Sequence record: SRR20825010_1901
DNA: 58,977 nt
Reading direction: 5' to 3' (one strand)
The notes below the pieces were generated by a model. The model was not told the origin of the DNA, made no database searches, and was given only the letters and a program-made list of their open reading frames with translations. This document shows positions 10,330 through 20,273 of this stretch, piece after piece. Made by a program: the position numbers and the translations under genes. Numbering within the stretch: the stretch's first letter is position 1; the number at the start of each line of letters is the position of its first letter.

Positions 10330-10536
10330 TTAACCGATATTTTTCAGATTCTGGATGCTGGCCACGCCGAGCATTCCGTGAGCAAAGTCAGTGCGACCTT
10401 CGCGCCATCCCCCCATCCAGTTGGTGCGTGCCTGGAGCGTGCCAAACGGGCAGTCTTCACGGGATTTTCCATCCAGGCCGGCGTTGTATCCCCGGTTGTA
10501 AGCGCGGTCGTCTTTACTACGTTTTTGTCGCTTCAT
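10330..10536 (-). CDS. rmf: Ribosome modulation factor
   Basis: MKRQKR..DRAYNRGYNAGLDGKSREDCPF...WMGGWREG; located between pyrD and rlmKL. Confidence 0.93.
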   Translation of the reverse strand: MKRQKRSKDDRAYNRGYNAGLDGKSREDCPFGTLQARTNWMGGWREGRTDFAHGMLGVASIQNLKNIG

Positions 10537-10791
10537 AAACGCTTTCCCTTTCACAGATAGCGGTACCGAAAAATGGCCCCTCGGCTAAAAACGTAGCCAA
10601 GTAGCGGGGCCGACACATTCAGTATGGGAAAGCGGTAAGGTGGTGTCGAATACCATGTAGCAATATGGTCAGTGCTGGTTAAGCATATGACGTATAAAGG
10701 ACAGATTGATGACCGTTTCTGTAATGCCATGAAAAACAAGTAGTTAGTTTTTCGCATAGGGCATGAATCAGTCACTTAAGAGGATTTGGTA

Positions 10792-12906
10792 ATGGAATTT
10801 GTGGCCACCTGCATGCCAGGTTTGGCAGATCTGCTCAGTGACGAATTGTCTTCACTGGGCATATCCGTAACAGAAGCCGGGCGTGCCCATGTGAGTTTTT
10901 CCGGAGGCTCGGCGGATGCCCTCAAGGTGTGCCTGTGGTCTCGACTGTCTGAGCGTGTTCTGTTGCATCTGGCCACGCTGGGTGTAACGCCCGACATCGC
11001 GCCGGAAAAGCTCGCCGGTAGTCAGGATTGGCTGTCGCTGGTGGGCAACAACGCTCCTGTGCACGTGCATATTGAGCACGGCGCAGAGGTGCGTGGTGAC
11101 AACCGGATCAGCGCCAAACGCTTTATCCAGGCTCTACCAGAGCAGTTTGCGATTTCGCGTGAACCGAAGGGTAGTTGCTGCATTCGTGCTCGCCTTGATC
11201 TGAACGAAGCGCACCTGTGGCTGGACCTGGCCGGTGAGCCCCTGCACCGTCGCGGCTATCGCCTTGCAGGTGGCCGGGCGCCGTTGCGTGAAACCCTGGC
11301 GGCAGCCATGTTGTGGGCCATCGGTTGGGGTAAAGCAGAGCGTCATCCTGCCTTGCTCGATCCGTTCTGCGGCAGTGGCACCCTGGTGATAGAGGCGGCC
11401 CTGATGGCTGCCGGGCGCGCCGCCGGTGCTCAGCGTCAGCACTATGGCTTCCAGCACTGGCGCGGTTGCCGCCGTCAGTTGTGGCTGGATGCCCAGCAGG
11501 AAGCGGGTGAGAGCGCCAATCGTCCGGTGCCGGCGTTGTCGTTGAAGGGCTTTGATGCTGATAGCAAGACGTTGCCGTTGGCATTGCAGAATGCCGAACG
11601 TGCCGGGGTGCGTAATGCGATTCATTTTGAGCGCCGGGAGTTGGGGGCGCTGAGGCCGCGTGACTTTGCGGCCAATGGCATTGTGGTGGGCAATCCGCCC
11701 TGGGGCGAGCGTCTGGATGAGAAGCAGCAGGCGGGCTGGTTACACTATGCCATCGGCCGGATTCTTGCGGTGCGTGCACCTGGGTATCAAGCGTTACTGC
11801 TAGGCGCTGATGTGGACGTAATGGATCGCTCCGGGATGAATCTGGAGCGGCAGTGGCGCTTGAAGAACGGACCGTTCAATAATTTTATTCGCTTGTATAC
11901 ACCGCGCAAACAGACGCCGCCTGCTGTGGCGCAAGTGGCCGATGAGGGTGCGTTCAATGTGCCGGAAGGCGCGCAGCCTTTGCTCAACCGTTTGCGTAAG
12001 AACGGCAAGCATCTGCGTCGTTGGCTGGAGCGGGAAGATATCCAGTGTTATCGCCTTTATGATCGCGATCTGCCGGAATTCAATGTGGCCGTGGATATCT
12101 ATGGCGACCAGGTGTTGGTGCAGGAATTCAAAGCGCCGAAAACGGTTGACCCTGAAAAAGCGAAAGCACGGCGTGATTGGGCGGTAACGGCGGTGCGCGC
12201 CGCACTTGGTGTGCATCGTGAGCAGGTGCACTTGCGTACGCGTGAGAAGCAAAAAGGAAATCAGCAGTATCAAAAACTGGATACCCAGGGACATTATCGT
12301 GTCGTGCGCGAAGGTCAGGCGCAATTGTTGATTAACTTGCAGGATTACCTGGATACCGGTTTGTTTCTGGATCACCGTCCCACGCGACTGCGCATTGCGG
12401 AACAGGCCAGCGGCAAACGTTTCCTCAACTTGTTTGCCTATACCGGGTCGGCCACGGTGCATGCTGCCGTAGGGGGTGCCAAGCGCACGGTGACAGTGGA
12501 TTCCTCCAAGCGTTATCAGGACTGGACCGCCTGTAATCTGGCGGCCAACGGCTTCTCCACCGACCAGCATGAGCTGGTCCGCATGGATGCCATGCGTTGG
12601 CTGGATGAATGCAAGGAGCAGTTCGATCTGGTGTTCTGTGATCCGCCCACCTTTTCCAACAACAAGTCACGCAGTGACTTCGTGGTGGAAGAGCATCATG
12701 GCGATTTGATTCGCAAGATCATGCGTTGCCTGGAACCGGGTGGGGTACTGTATTTTTCCTGTAATTACCGCCGTTTCCAGATGGATGAAAGCATCAGTAA
12801 ATGGTTCGACGTGGAAGATATTTCTCGTTGGAGTATCCCCGAAGATTTCCGCCGAAATGAGAAGATCCATTACTGTTACGCGATTCGCCATGTGGAGGAC
12901 GCATGA
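10792..12906 (+). CDS. rlmKL: Bifunctional 23S rRNA methyltransferase RlmKL
   Basis: LHRRGYR, APLRETLAAAML, DPFCGSGT, NPPW in the N-half; YRLYDRDLPE, DYLDTGLFLDHR, FLNLFAYTG, DPPTFSN in the C-half. Confidence 0.95.
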   Translation: MEFVATCMPGLADLLSDELSSLGISVTEAGRAHVSFSGGSADALKVCLWSRLSERVLLHLATLGVTPDIAPEKLAGSQDWLSLVGNNAPVHVHIEHGAEVRGDNRISAKRFIQALPEQFAISREPKGSCCIRARLDLNEAHLWLDLAGEPLHRRGYRLAGGRAPLRETLAAAMLWAIGWGKAERHPALLDPFCGSGTLVIEAALMAAGRAAGAQRQHYGFQHWRGCRRQLWLDAQQEAGESANRPVPALSLKGFDADSKTLPLALQNAERAGVRNAIHFERRELGALRPRDFAANGIVVGNPPWGERLDEKQQAGWLHYAIGRILAVRAPGYQALLLGADVDVMDRSGMNLERQWRLKNGPFNNFIRLYTPRKQTPPAVAQVADEGAFNVPEGAQPLLNRLRKNGKHLRRWLEREDIQCYRLYDRDLPEFNVAVDIYGDQVLVQEFKAPKTVDPEKAKARRDWAVTAVRAALGVHREQVHLRTREKQKGNQQYQKLDTQGHYRVVREGQAQLLINLQDYLDTGLFLDHRPTRLRIAEQASGKRFLNLFAYTGSATVHAAVGGAKRTVTVDSSKRYQDWTACNLAANGFSTDQHELVRMDAMRWLDECKEQFDLVFCDPPTFSNNKSRSDFVVEEHHGDLIRKIMRCLEPGGVLYFSCNYRRFQMDESISKWFDVEDISRWSIPEDFRRNEKIHYCYAIRHVEDA

Positions 12907-13124
12907 CGGTTGTGCTCTACACAACCCTGGGTTGCCATCTGTGCGACCAGGCCAGAGAACTGGTGGCCATGGTGAATCCGGGGCTGGTGCTTACCCCGGT
13001 GGATATCGCCGAGGATGATGCATTGATCGAGCAGTATGGTGAGCGGATTCCGGTGTTGGTGCGCGAGGGCAAAGAGCTGGCCTGGCCATTTGGTGTGCTC
13101 GACGTGCAGCAGTTCCTTTCCTGA
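12903..13124 (+). CDS. Glutaredoxin-like protein (DUF836)
   Basis: LYTTLGCHLCDQA CxxC motif, YGERIPVL, LAWPF. Confidence 0.88.
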   Translation: MTVVLYTTLGCHLCDQARELVAMVNPGLVLTPVDIAEDDALIEQYGERIPVLVREGKELAWPFGVLDVQQFLS

Positions 13125-13217
13125 TGTGGGGGCCGGGCTATGCCGCCCAGGCTCTCTGTGCCCTTGGCTAAACCCGGCCCGCAGTCTCTGCGGTTCCGCG
13201 ACGGAATGGTGGCCCGG

Positions 13218-14051
13218 TTAGCGAAATAATGTTAACGCATTTTGATAGGTCATGGCGGCCACGTCCTGTGTCTGCTGCCCGCGTAGCTGTGCGACCCGCT
13301 GGCCAATCCAGGGGAGTAGCGCGGGTTCGTTACGGCGTTTTTTCGGGGGGGGCTCCGGCAGGTCCCGGGGGAGCAGGTAGGGGGCGTCGGTTTCCAGCAG
13401 CAGGCGTTGATCCGGAATATTGGGCACCAGTTCTGCCAATGGTTTGCCGCGGCGCTCGTCGCAAACCCAGCCAGTAATGCCGATATGGCAATCCAGATCC
13501 AGATAGGCAAACAATGCCTGGCGGGAGCCGGTGAAGCAATGCACGACGGCGCCGGGCAGATCGTCGCGGAACGCTTTCAGGATAGGCAGAAAACGCTCAT
13601 GGGCGTCGCGCTCATGGAGAAAAACAGGCAATTTCATTTCTACCGCCAGCGCCAGCTGGGCTTCGAAGGCGCGCTCCTGGTCCGGTCGTGGAGAGAAGTC
13701 CCGGTTGAAGTCCAGGCCCATTTCTCCTGCGGCTTTCGTCTGCTCATGGGCGAGCAATTCGTGTAGTTCTTTTGCCAGGGCAGGTGAATAAAAGCGAGCA
13801 CTGTGCGGATGCAGCCCAGCGGTAGCAAACAGGGTTGGATGTTCGTCGGCCAGGGCAATGGCGGCGCGTGACTCGTCGATGTTGGTGCCGGTAATCAGTT
13901 GCCAGGCGACCCCAGCCGAGGCCGCCCGTTCAATCACCGTTTCGCGATCGTCATTGAATTGCCGGTCGGTCAGGTTAACCCCGATATCGGCCCATTGCTC
14001 AGACGCGGTGTTCGGCGTTTCCGAAGGCGTGTTGCTGTGAGGTGCGGTCAT
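13218..14051 (-). CDS. tatD: TatD family nuclease/hydrolase
   Basis: DIGVNLT, TAGLHPH, GEMGLDFNRDFS, FLHERDAH, VVHCFTG, LLETDAPYL, RNEP. Confidence 0.93.
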   Translation of the reverse strand: MTAPHSNTPSETPNTASEQWADIGVNLTDRQFNDDRETVIERAASAGVAWQLITGTNIDESRAAIALADEHPTLFATAGLHPHSARFYSPALAKELHELLAHEQTKAAGEMGLDFNRDFSPRPDQERAFEAQLALAVEMKLPVFLHERDAHERFLPILKAFRDDLPGAVVHCFTGSRQALFAYLDLDCHIGITGWVCDERRGKPLAELVPNIPDQRLLLETDAPYLLPRDLPEPPPKKRRNEPALLPWIGQRVAQLRGQQTQDVAAMTYQNALTLFR

Positions 14052-14490
14052 CGGTGTCCTGTTCAGATAGCTGCTCGCGCAGGGATTCTACCCGACGACG
14101 GTTCGCACCTAAATCCCAGTAGCCTGTCCGCGAGGCGGAGCGCACTTCCACCACACCGTTATCGCGAACATAGAAGGTCACATCGTCCACAAACCGCAGA
14201 ACCCGGCTGGTGAAGCGAGCCTGGATGCGTGATTGGCCTACCACTTCATAGTCCACGCGGGGCAGGTTGCCAAGCAGGCTTTCCAGCTTTTTCAGGCTGC
14301 TTTGCCGGTCGGCACCTACCTGTAGAGGAGCGACTCGCTTATCGGCCTGCGTCGCCAGGCTGGACACACAATTGGGTGAGTCCGGACAGGGCGCAAGAAT
14401 ATGGGTATCAGCCATGGCAAATGCACTCCATACAATCAGGCAAGTGCCTATACCCGTGTGGATACAGGCTTTAATAAGAGTTTGGGTCAC
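13999..14490 (-). CDS. DUF1499 domain protein
   Basis: LAPCPDSPNCVSS, FTSRVLRFVDDV, VRSASRTGYWDLGANRRRVE; start uncertain. Confidence 0.88.
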   Translation of the reverse strand: MTQTLIKACIHTGIGTCLIVWSAFAMADTHILAPCPDSPNCVSSLATQADKRVAPLQVGADRQSSLKKLESLLGNLPRVDYEVVGQSRIQARFTSRVLRFVDDVTFYVRDNGVVEVRSASRTGYWDLGANRRRVESLREQLSEQDTDDRTSQQHAFGNAEHRV

Positions 14491-15085
14491 GAATCAGCCC
14501 CACGAAAATGCCTTCGATGATAAGTTGATCAGCGGGCACCTTGATGGGTTCATAGGCTTCGTTGGCCGGCAGCAGGGTGGCGCTGGATTTATTCAACTTT
14601 AAGGTCTTCACCGTGACTTCTTCGTCAATGCGGGCCACCACGATTTCACCCGTGCGCGCCACATTGGATTTGCGTACCGCAATCAGGTCACCGTCGAAGA
14701 TACCCGCATCCACCATACTGTCGCCTTGAACCTTCAACAGATAGGTCGGGCGTTGCTTGAACAGCCCTTGCGGGACCGGCACGGTGCGTTCCACGTTTTC
14801 GATGGCTTCGATGGGAACGCCTGCCGCGACCCTGCCGACGATGGGCAGTTCTTCTTCGCCCCAATAGGCGTTATCCAGCAGCTGAATGCCCCGCGAGCGG
14901 TCACTGTGCAGCTTGATATAGCCCTTACGCTCAAGGGCACGGAGATGATCCGAGGCCGCATTCTTGGACTGGAACCCCATGATGTCGGCAATCTCTGCAC
15001 GGGTGGGGGCCATGCCGCTGTCCGAGAGGCATTCGCGGATACAATCGAGAACCTGCTGCTGTCGGTCGGTAAGTTTGCTGCTCAT
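14471..15085 (-). CDS. lexA: SOS repressor LexA
   Basis: LTDRQ..PTRAEIA wHTH, GRVAAGVP Ala-Gly cleavage site, GDSM Ser, VTVK Lys. Confidence 0.97.
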   Translation of the reverse strand: MSSKLTDRQQQVLDCIRECLSDSGMAPTRAEIADIMGFQSKNAASDHLRALERKGYIKLHSDRSRGIQLLDNAYWGEEELPIVGRVAAGVPIEAIENVERTVPVPQGLFKQRPTYLLKVQGDSMVDAGIFDGDLIAVRKSNVARTGEIVVARIDEEVTVKTLKLNKSSATLLPANEAYEPIKVPADQLIIEGIFVGLIRDPNSY

Positions 15086-15265
15086 AACCTTCTCCCTGTT
15101 TCCTGCAGAGTGGAGTGCCTGCCGGTGGCCGTGCAGGCAACCTTGCCGGGGTCGTATTCATCCCATGCCTGTCACGGGTTGCTGTAGGCATTTGTATGGT
15201 TGCGTGCCTGGGCTTGTAAGTCGTGGCTGACAGGCAGTGCTACATTCTGGATGCTAGCACAGGCA

Positions 15266-15281
15266 CTGATAATATGAACAG
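15266..15281. promoter_or_regulatory. SOS box (LexA operator)
   Basis: CTG-ATAATATGAA-CAG matches CTG-N10-CAG upstream of lexA and overlaps a TATTAT -10-like hexamer on the minus strand; a degenerate second site ends at 15295. Confidence 0.8.
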
Positions 15282-15408
15282 TGTTATTTGAACAGTTGTC
15301 GAGCGAGGTTTTATCCCGCTTTTACGTCCATGTCGTTGCTCTGTTAAGGCGCGGGTACTAGCATGTGTACACTTGATAACGATTCCATCAGAACAGTGGG
15401 GATAGTAG

Positions 15409-16059
15409 ATGGAGCAGGCCAATAATAACGATTTCGGCCAGCAACGGCGGCGCCAGCTGTTGGCTGGTGTGCCGTTTTTTAATGAAATCGCCCGGGATGA
15501 TCAGAACGAATTTGAACAGCTTGAAAAGACGACCCGCCTTTGGGTGGCGGCTTCCGGAGAAAGCGTCATCCGGGCCGGTGACGTGGACTCCACTCTGTAT
15601 TTTCTGCTGCGGGGCCAGTTGGAAGTGCTTTCGGACGCCGCGCCGGAATCCCCGCTTTATTATGTGTCTCCGGGTGAGGTTTTTGGCACCTTGTCCATGT
15701 TGTTAGGGACACCGCGCAGTGCCACGATTACGGTGGCAGACAACGCCCGCGAAGCGGTGTTGGCGAGCCTGGATTTTAATGAATTCAATGACGATGAAGG
15801 CCCTTATTCGTTGGCGACCCGATTGGCGTTTTTCCATATGATCGTTCACCACATTCGCTGGACACTGGAAGTGAAGCGAATGCAGGCGCCGACCCATGAA
15901 CTGGTGCATTCCATGCGCAAACTGCCGGTTTTTCACGGAGAGAAGAACAGCCCGGAAGAGCTGGCCGCGTTGAAGGTGCAGGCCCAGGGGCTGGCTGAAT
16001 TGCTGTGCCGCTGGAATGGAGAAGGGCAGGCGAGCACCGGCACACTACAACTGACCTGA
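15409..16059 (+). CDS. Cyclic-nucleotide-binding domain protein
   Basis: GESVIRAGD, LYFLLRGQLEV, PGEVFGTLSML..PRSATI cNMP signature; no clear C-terminal HTH. Confidence 0.8.
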   Translation: MEQANNNDFGQQRRRQLLAGVPFFNEIARDDQNEFEQLEKTTRLWVAASGESVIRAGDVDSTLYFLLRGQLEVLSDAAPESPLYYVSPGEVFGTLSMLLGTPRSATITVADNAREAVLASLDFNEFNDDEGPYSLATRLAFFHMIVHHIRWTLEVKRMQAPTHELVHSMRKLPVFHGEKNSPEELAALKVQAQGLAELLCRWNGEGQASTGTLQLT

Positions 16060-16109
16060 TTCTCGCTTGCGCCAGCTTGCGTGCGGAATTCCTTTCCTGC
16101 TCGTTGCGG

Positions 16110-16547
16110 CTACTGATCGACCTTGACGGCCAGTACGTCGCAATGGGCTCCGGGTACCAGGCCGCGTGCGGTTGAGCCCAGCAGCAGGGCCAGGCCGCTG
16201 CGGGTATGGCTGCCCACCACGATCAAATCCGCCCCTATCTTGTCCGCCTTGTCGAGAATGGTCTTTTCGATGGACCCCATGTCCACATAAACGTTGGCTT
16301 CGGGAATGTTGTGTTGCCCTGCGTATTTGTCCGCCATTTCACGGGCCTGTTTCATCAGGCCGCTTTGCAAGTCCGTCACATCCATGGGCACATCCGCCCC
16401 GTAGGCCAGGGCCAGCGGTTCGATGACATGGATCAGATGCAGCTCACCGTCATTGCCTGACAGTACGCCTGCTGCGCGGGACAGCACCTGGGGGGATTCA
16501 TCGCTGCCATCGATGGCAACCAGAATTTTGCGGTAGGGACTGGGCAC
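16110..16547 (-). CDS. Universal stress protein (UspA family)
   Basis: YRKILVAIDGS, ADLIVVGSH, LLLGSTA, CDVLAV; GTG start after a purine-rich RBS. Confidence 0.92.
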   Translation of the reverse strand: MPSPYRKILVAIDGSDESPQVLSRAAGVLSGNDGELHLIHVIEPLALAYGADVPMDVTDLQSGLMKQAREMADKYAGQHNIPEANVYVDMGSIEKTILDKADKIGADLIVVGSHTRSGLALLLGSTARGLVPGAHCDVLAVKVDQ

Positions 16548-16762
16548 GGCTCTCTCCCTGAAAACGTGAGGTTTCCTGCAGTATAGCGCGCTTTGTCGGG
16601 GTTGCCAGCGGGCTGTTTCACAGATGAGGGTTGCCCTGACGGGTCTGCCTGTACTACTACTAAAAAAGGAAAACGGGGGCACTTCCTGCTTGACCCGCCT
16701 ATACCGGCGCTGTCTAAATAGCGCCCATCACGAGCCTTAGACCGGATGTTGAGTACCTGAGA

Positions 16763-19507
16763 ATGGGAAAATCGCTAGTAATTGTGGAGTCGCCTGCCAA
16801 GGCCAAGACCATTAACCGCTACCTGGGCGACGACTTCATCGTGAAGTCCAGTGTCGGCCATGTGCGGGATCTGCCGGTCAGTGGCGGCTCCAAAAAGAGC
16901 ACCCCTCAGGAGCGGGCCAAGGAAGCAGCCTATACGCGCTCCCTGCCCAAGGAGGAGCGGGATGCCTATAAAAAGAAGAAGGCCAAGAAACAGCTGGTTA
17001 ACCGCATGGGGATCGACCCGGAAAAAGGCTGGGCGGCCCACTATGAGGTGCTTCCCGGCAAGGACAAGGTGGTCGACGAACTGAAACGTCTGGCGGCGAA
17101 AGCAGACCGCATCTATCTGGCAACGGATTTGGACCGCGAAGGGGAGGCGATTGCCTGGCACCTGCGGGAAGTGATCGGTGGCGATGACGACCGGTTCGAT
17201 CGGGTGGTGTTCAACGAAATCACCAAGAAAGCCATTCAGGCGGCTTTTGAAGAGCCCGGCAAGCTGGATTTGCATCGGGTGGAAGCCCAGCAGGCTCGCC
17301 GCTTCTTGGATCGGGTGGTGGGTTTCATGATTTCCCCATTGCTGTGGGAAAAAATTGCCCGTGGCCTGTCCGCCGGCCGGGTACAGTCCGTGGCTGTGGA
17401 GCTGGTGGTAGAGCGCGAACGTGAAATCCGCGCCTTTATTCCTGAAGAATTCTGGGAGTTGTACAGCGACACCCACAGCGGCGATGGCGAAGCCCTGCGC
17501 TTGCAGGTGGCCAAGCACAATGGTGAAGCGTTCCGGCCCAATAATGGTGACGACGCTGGTGCCCACAAGCAGGCACTGGAAAACGCCGGCACCCTGACGA
17601 TCAGTCAGCGTGAGCAGCGGCCCACCCGTTCCAAGCCGTCGGCGCCTTTTATTACCTCTACCCTGCAGCAGGCCGCGAGCACCCGCCTGGGCTTCGGGGT
17701 GAAAAAGACCATGATGATGGCGCAGCGGCTTTATGAAGCCGGCCACATTACCTACATGCGTACCGATTCCACCAACCTGAGTGCAGATGCCGTGGCGGCC
17801 TGCCGGGAGTGGATTGGCGAAAAACTGGGTGACAAGTACTTGCCTGATGCGCCGCTGTCCTACAGCAGCAAGGAAGGGGCCCAGGAAGCGCACGAAGCCA
17901 TTCGTCCTTCGGATGTGCGGCGCACCTCTGATTCCCTGAAAGATATGGAACGCGACGCCCAGCGCCTGTACGAGCTGATTCGTCGACAGTTCATCGCCTG
18001 CCAGATGCCCCCGGCGGAATACCTGAGTTCCACCCTGACCGCCACCGGTAACGGCTACGAGCTGAAAGCGAAAGGGCGGATCATGAAGTTCGATGGCTGG
18101 ACCCGCATTCAGCCGCCAGCCTCACGCAAGGGCCAGGAAGACACCCTGTTGCCGGATGTGAAAGAAGGCGATGTTCTGTCTATCGATAACGTGGATGCCA
18201 ATCAGCACTTCACCAAGCCGCCAGCCCGTTTTACCGAGGCGAGCCTGGTCAAGGAACTGGAAAAGCGCGGCATTGGCCGCCCGTCCACCTATGCGGCGAT
18301 CATTTCCACCATTCAGGATCGCGGTTACGTGCGTCAGGACAGCCGTCGTTTTTATGCAGAAAAAATGGGTGACATCGTCACCGATCGTCTGGTGGAAAAC
18401 TTCCCCAACCTGATGGATTACGGTTTCACTGCCAGCATGGAAGAAACCCTGGATGAAGTCGCCGAAGGGCATCGAAACTGGCAGGACGTGCTCAACGAAT
18501 TCTACAAGGATTTCGTCAGCAAGCTGGATGCGGCCCAAGGTGAAGGGACGGGCAAACAGGCGGTGGGCGGTATGCGCGCCAACCTGCCTACTGATACCGA
18601 CATAGAATGCCCCACCTGTGGCCGGCCGATGCAGATTCGCACCGGTTCCACCGGCGTGTTCCTGGGCTGCTCCGGTTACGGCCTGCCGCCGAAAGAGCGC
18701 TGCACCGCCACCTTGAATCTGCTGCCCGGTGAAGAAGCCGAAACGGTGAAAGCGGACGATGATGAAGAAGCGGAAATCAACGAACTACGCAGCAAGAAGC
18801 GGTGCCAGAAGTGTGGTACTGCCATGGAAAATTACCTGATCGACGAAAAGCGCAAGCTGCATATCTGCGGTAACAATCCGGATTGTGATGGCTATGTGGT
18901 CGAGAAGGGCGAATTCCGGATCAAGGGTTACGATGGCCCGGTACTGGAATGTGAGAAATGCGCGCACGAGATGCAGTTGCGTACCGGCCGGTTTGGCAAG
19001 TTCTTCAAGTGCACCAATGATGAGTGCGGCAACACCCGCAAGCTGTTAAAAAGCGGCGAACCTGCACCGCCGCGGGCAGACCCCATCCCCATGCCGCATT
19101 TGCAGTGCCAGAAAGTGGATGACCATTATCTGTTGCGTGATGGAGCCTCCGGCCTGTTTTTGGCCGCCAGCAAGTTTCCGAAAAACCGCGAAACGCGCCC
19201 GCCGCTGATTGAAGAAATCCAGAGCGTGGCCAAGCAGCTGGATCCGAAGCACGCGTATTTGGCTGAGGCGCCTGCCGAAGACCCGGACGGCAACAAAGGC
19301 GTGCTGCGCTACAGTCGCAAGGCGAAAGAGCAGTACGTGATGAGCGAAATCGACGGCAAGGCTACTGGTTGGATGGCGTTCTATCGCGACGGCAAATGGG
19401 TCGAAGAACAGACCAAGAAAAAAGCCCCCGCGAAGAAGAAGGCCGCTGCCAAGAAAAAGGCAGCCAAGAAGAAAGCCCCGGCCAAAAAGGCTGCCGCCAA
19501 GAAGTAA
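16763..19507 (+). CDS. topA: DNA topoisomerase I with a Lys/Ala-rich C-terminal tail
   Basis: [40 protein letters not shown], zinc-ribbon Cys motifs. Confidence 0.98.
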   Translation: MGKSLVIVESPAKAKTINRYLGDDFIVKSSVGHVRDLPVSGGSKKSTPQERAKEAAYTRSLPKEERDAYKKKKAKKQLVNRMGIDPEKGWAAHYEVLPGKDKVVDELKRLAAKADRIYLATDLDREGEAIAWHLREVIGGDDDRFDRVVFNEITKKAIQAAFEEPGKLDLHRVEAQQARRFLDRVVGFMISPLLWEKIARGLSAGRVQSVAVELVVEREREIRAFIPEEFWELYSDTHSGDGEALRLQVAKHNGEAFRPNNGDDAGAHKQALENAGTLTISQREQRPTRSKPSAPFITSTLQQAASTRLGFGVKKTMMMAQRLYEAGHITYMRTDSTNLSADAVAACREWIGEKLGDKYLPDAPLSYSSKEGAQEAHEAIRPSDVRRTSDSLKDMERDAQRLYELIRRQFIACQMPPAEYLSSTLTATGNGYELKAKGRIMKFDGWTRIQPPASRKGQEDTLLPDVKEGDVLSIDNVDANQHFTKPPARFTEASLVKELEKRGIGRPSTYAAIISTIQDRGYVRQDSRRFYAEKMGDIVTDRLVENFPNLMDYGFTASMEETLDEVAEGHRNWQDVLNEFYKDFVSKLDAAQGEGTGKQAVGGMRANLPTDTDIECPTCGRPMQIRTGSTGVFLGCSGYGLPPKERCTATLNLLPGEEAETVKADDDEEAEINELRSKKRCQKCGTAMENYLIDEKRKLHICGNNPDCDGYVVEKGEFRIKGYDGPVLECEKCAHEMQLRTGRFGKFFKCTNDECGNTRKLLKSGEPAPPRADPIPMPHLQCQKVDDHYLLRDGASGLFLAASKFPKNRETRPPLIEEIQSVAKQLDPKHAYLAEAPAEDPDGNKGVLRYSRKAKEQYVMSEIDGKATGWMAFYRDGKWVEEQTKKKAPAKKKAAAKKKAAKKKAPAKKAAAKK

Positions 19508-19580
19508 CCCAGCAAGCATCACGCTTCACGCATGCAGGCGACAGCCTGCGTGTCGCGTGGTGCGTGCAGCGGAGTGTTTT

Positions 19581-20111
19581 ATGTCCAGAATGGTTCGAGA
19601 CAACACCGTAAGCGGTTTGCGCGAGCGAGTTTATTTTGCCAATGCCCTGTTACGCCAACTCACCCACGATCAAGCCGATGCCACGCCCACCGTGCGCCTG
19701 GCGCTACGCGGTGCGGTGGTGTTTCATCTGTATTCGGTGCTGGTGGGGCTGGCGCGACAATCCGGCAAGACCTTTCAGGTAGACGGTGCGGACACCTTGT
19801 TCAGCCTGGCGGCGCTGGAGCAGGCTTTCCGTGATGCCGGGGTTGAAGCTCCGGAGATCGCTATTCTGGCCCGTGCCCGTGCTGACCGGGGGGATCTGAT
19901 CGCCTGGCTGGATGGGGAAATGCAGACGGCACTGGGGGCCTCAGGCCTGGCCCGTCGCCCGGCGCCACCCAGCGAAGAAAATGCCCTCAACCTGATGGCC
20001 GAGGACCGCTACGCGCCTTTGGCCGAAGGGGATCTCCAGCGTCTTGCCGACAGCGTGACCCGGGTGGGCGAGCTGGTGGAGCATTGCATGGGCTACCTGG
20101 AAGAGTGGTGA
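19581..20111 (+). CDS. Conserved hypothetical protein (DUF6586-like)
   Basis: GGAG RBS; RVYFANALL...VFHLY, ends in EEW; position next to topA resembles pseudomonad synteny. Confidence 0.6.
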   Translation: MSRMVRDNTVSGLRERVYFANALLRQLTHDQADATPTVRLALRGAVVFHLYSVLVGLARQSGKTFQVDGADTLFSLAALEQAFRDAGVEAPEIAILARARADRGDLIAWLDGEMQTALGASGLARRPAPPSEENALNLMAEDRYAPLAEGDLQRLADSVTRVGELVEHCMGYLEEW

Positions 20112-20129
20112 AGGTCAAAGGTCAGGTGA

Positions 20130-20273
20130 CAGTTGATAGTGGACAGTTGGCAGTGCGCGGCTGAGCACTTTTATTAGCTCCAACGTAAGAGGCCGCGCCC
20201 AGAGAAGGGGCGCGGCCTCTTACGTTGGAAACCAGAAGCATCGTAGGGGCGCGTAGCTGTCCACTATCAACTG
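20130..20273. repeat. Nested inverted-repeat element: 17-bp outer arms enclosing a perfect 22-bp hairpin
   Basis: CAGTTGATAGTGGACAG (20130-20146) / CTGTCCACTATCAACTG (20257-20273); TCCAACGTAAGAGGCCGCGCCC (20179-20200) / GGGCGCGGCCTCTTACGTTGGA (20208-20229). Confidence 0.9.

Noticed and set aside
14931-15191. 86-aa minus-strand ORF upstream of and overlapping lexA as a possible sulA or leader peptide
   Set aside because: No SulA similarity, no clear RBS, low-complexity translation and out-of-frame overlap with lexA.
19516-19563. Imperfect hairpin between topA and the DUF6586-like gene
   Set aside because: Consistent with an ordinary intercistronic stabiliser or terminator; no second copy seen in the window.
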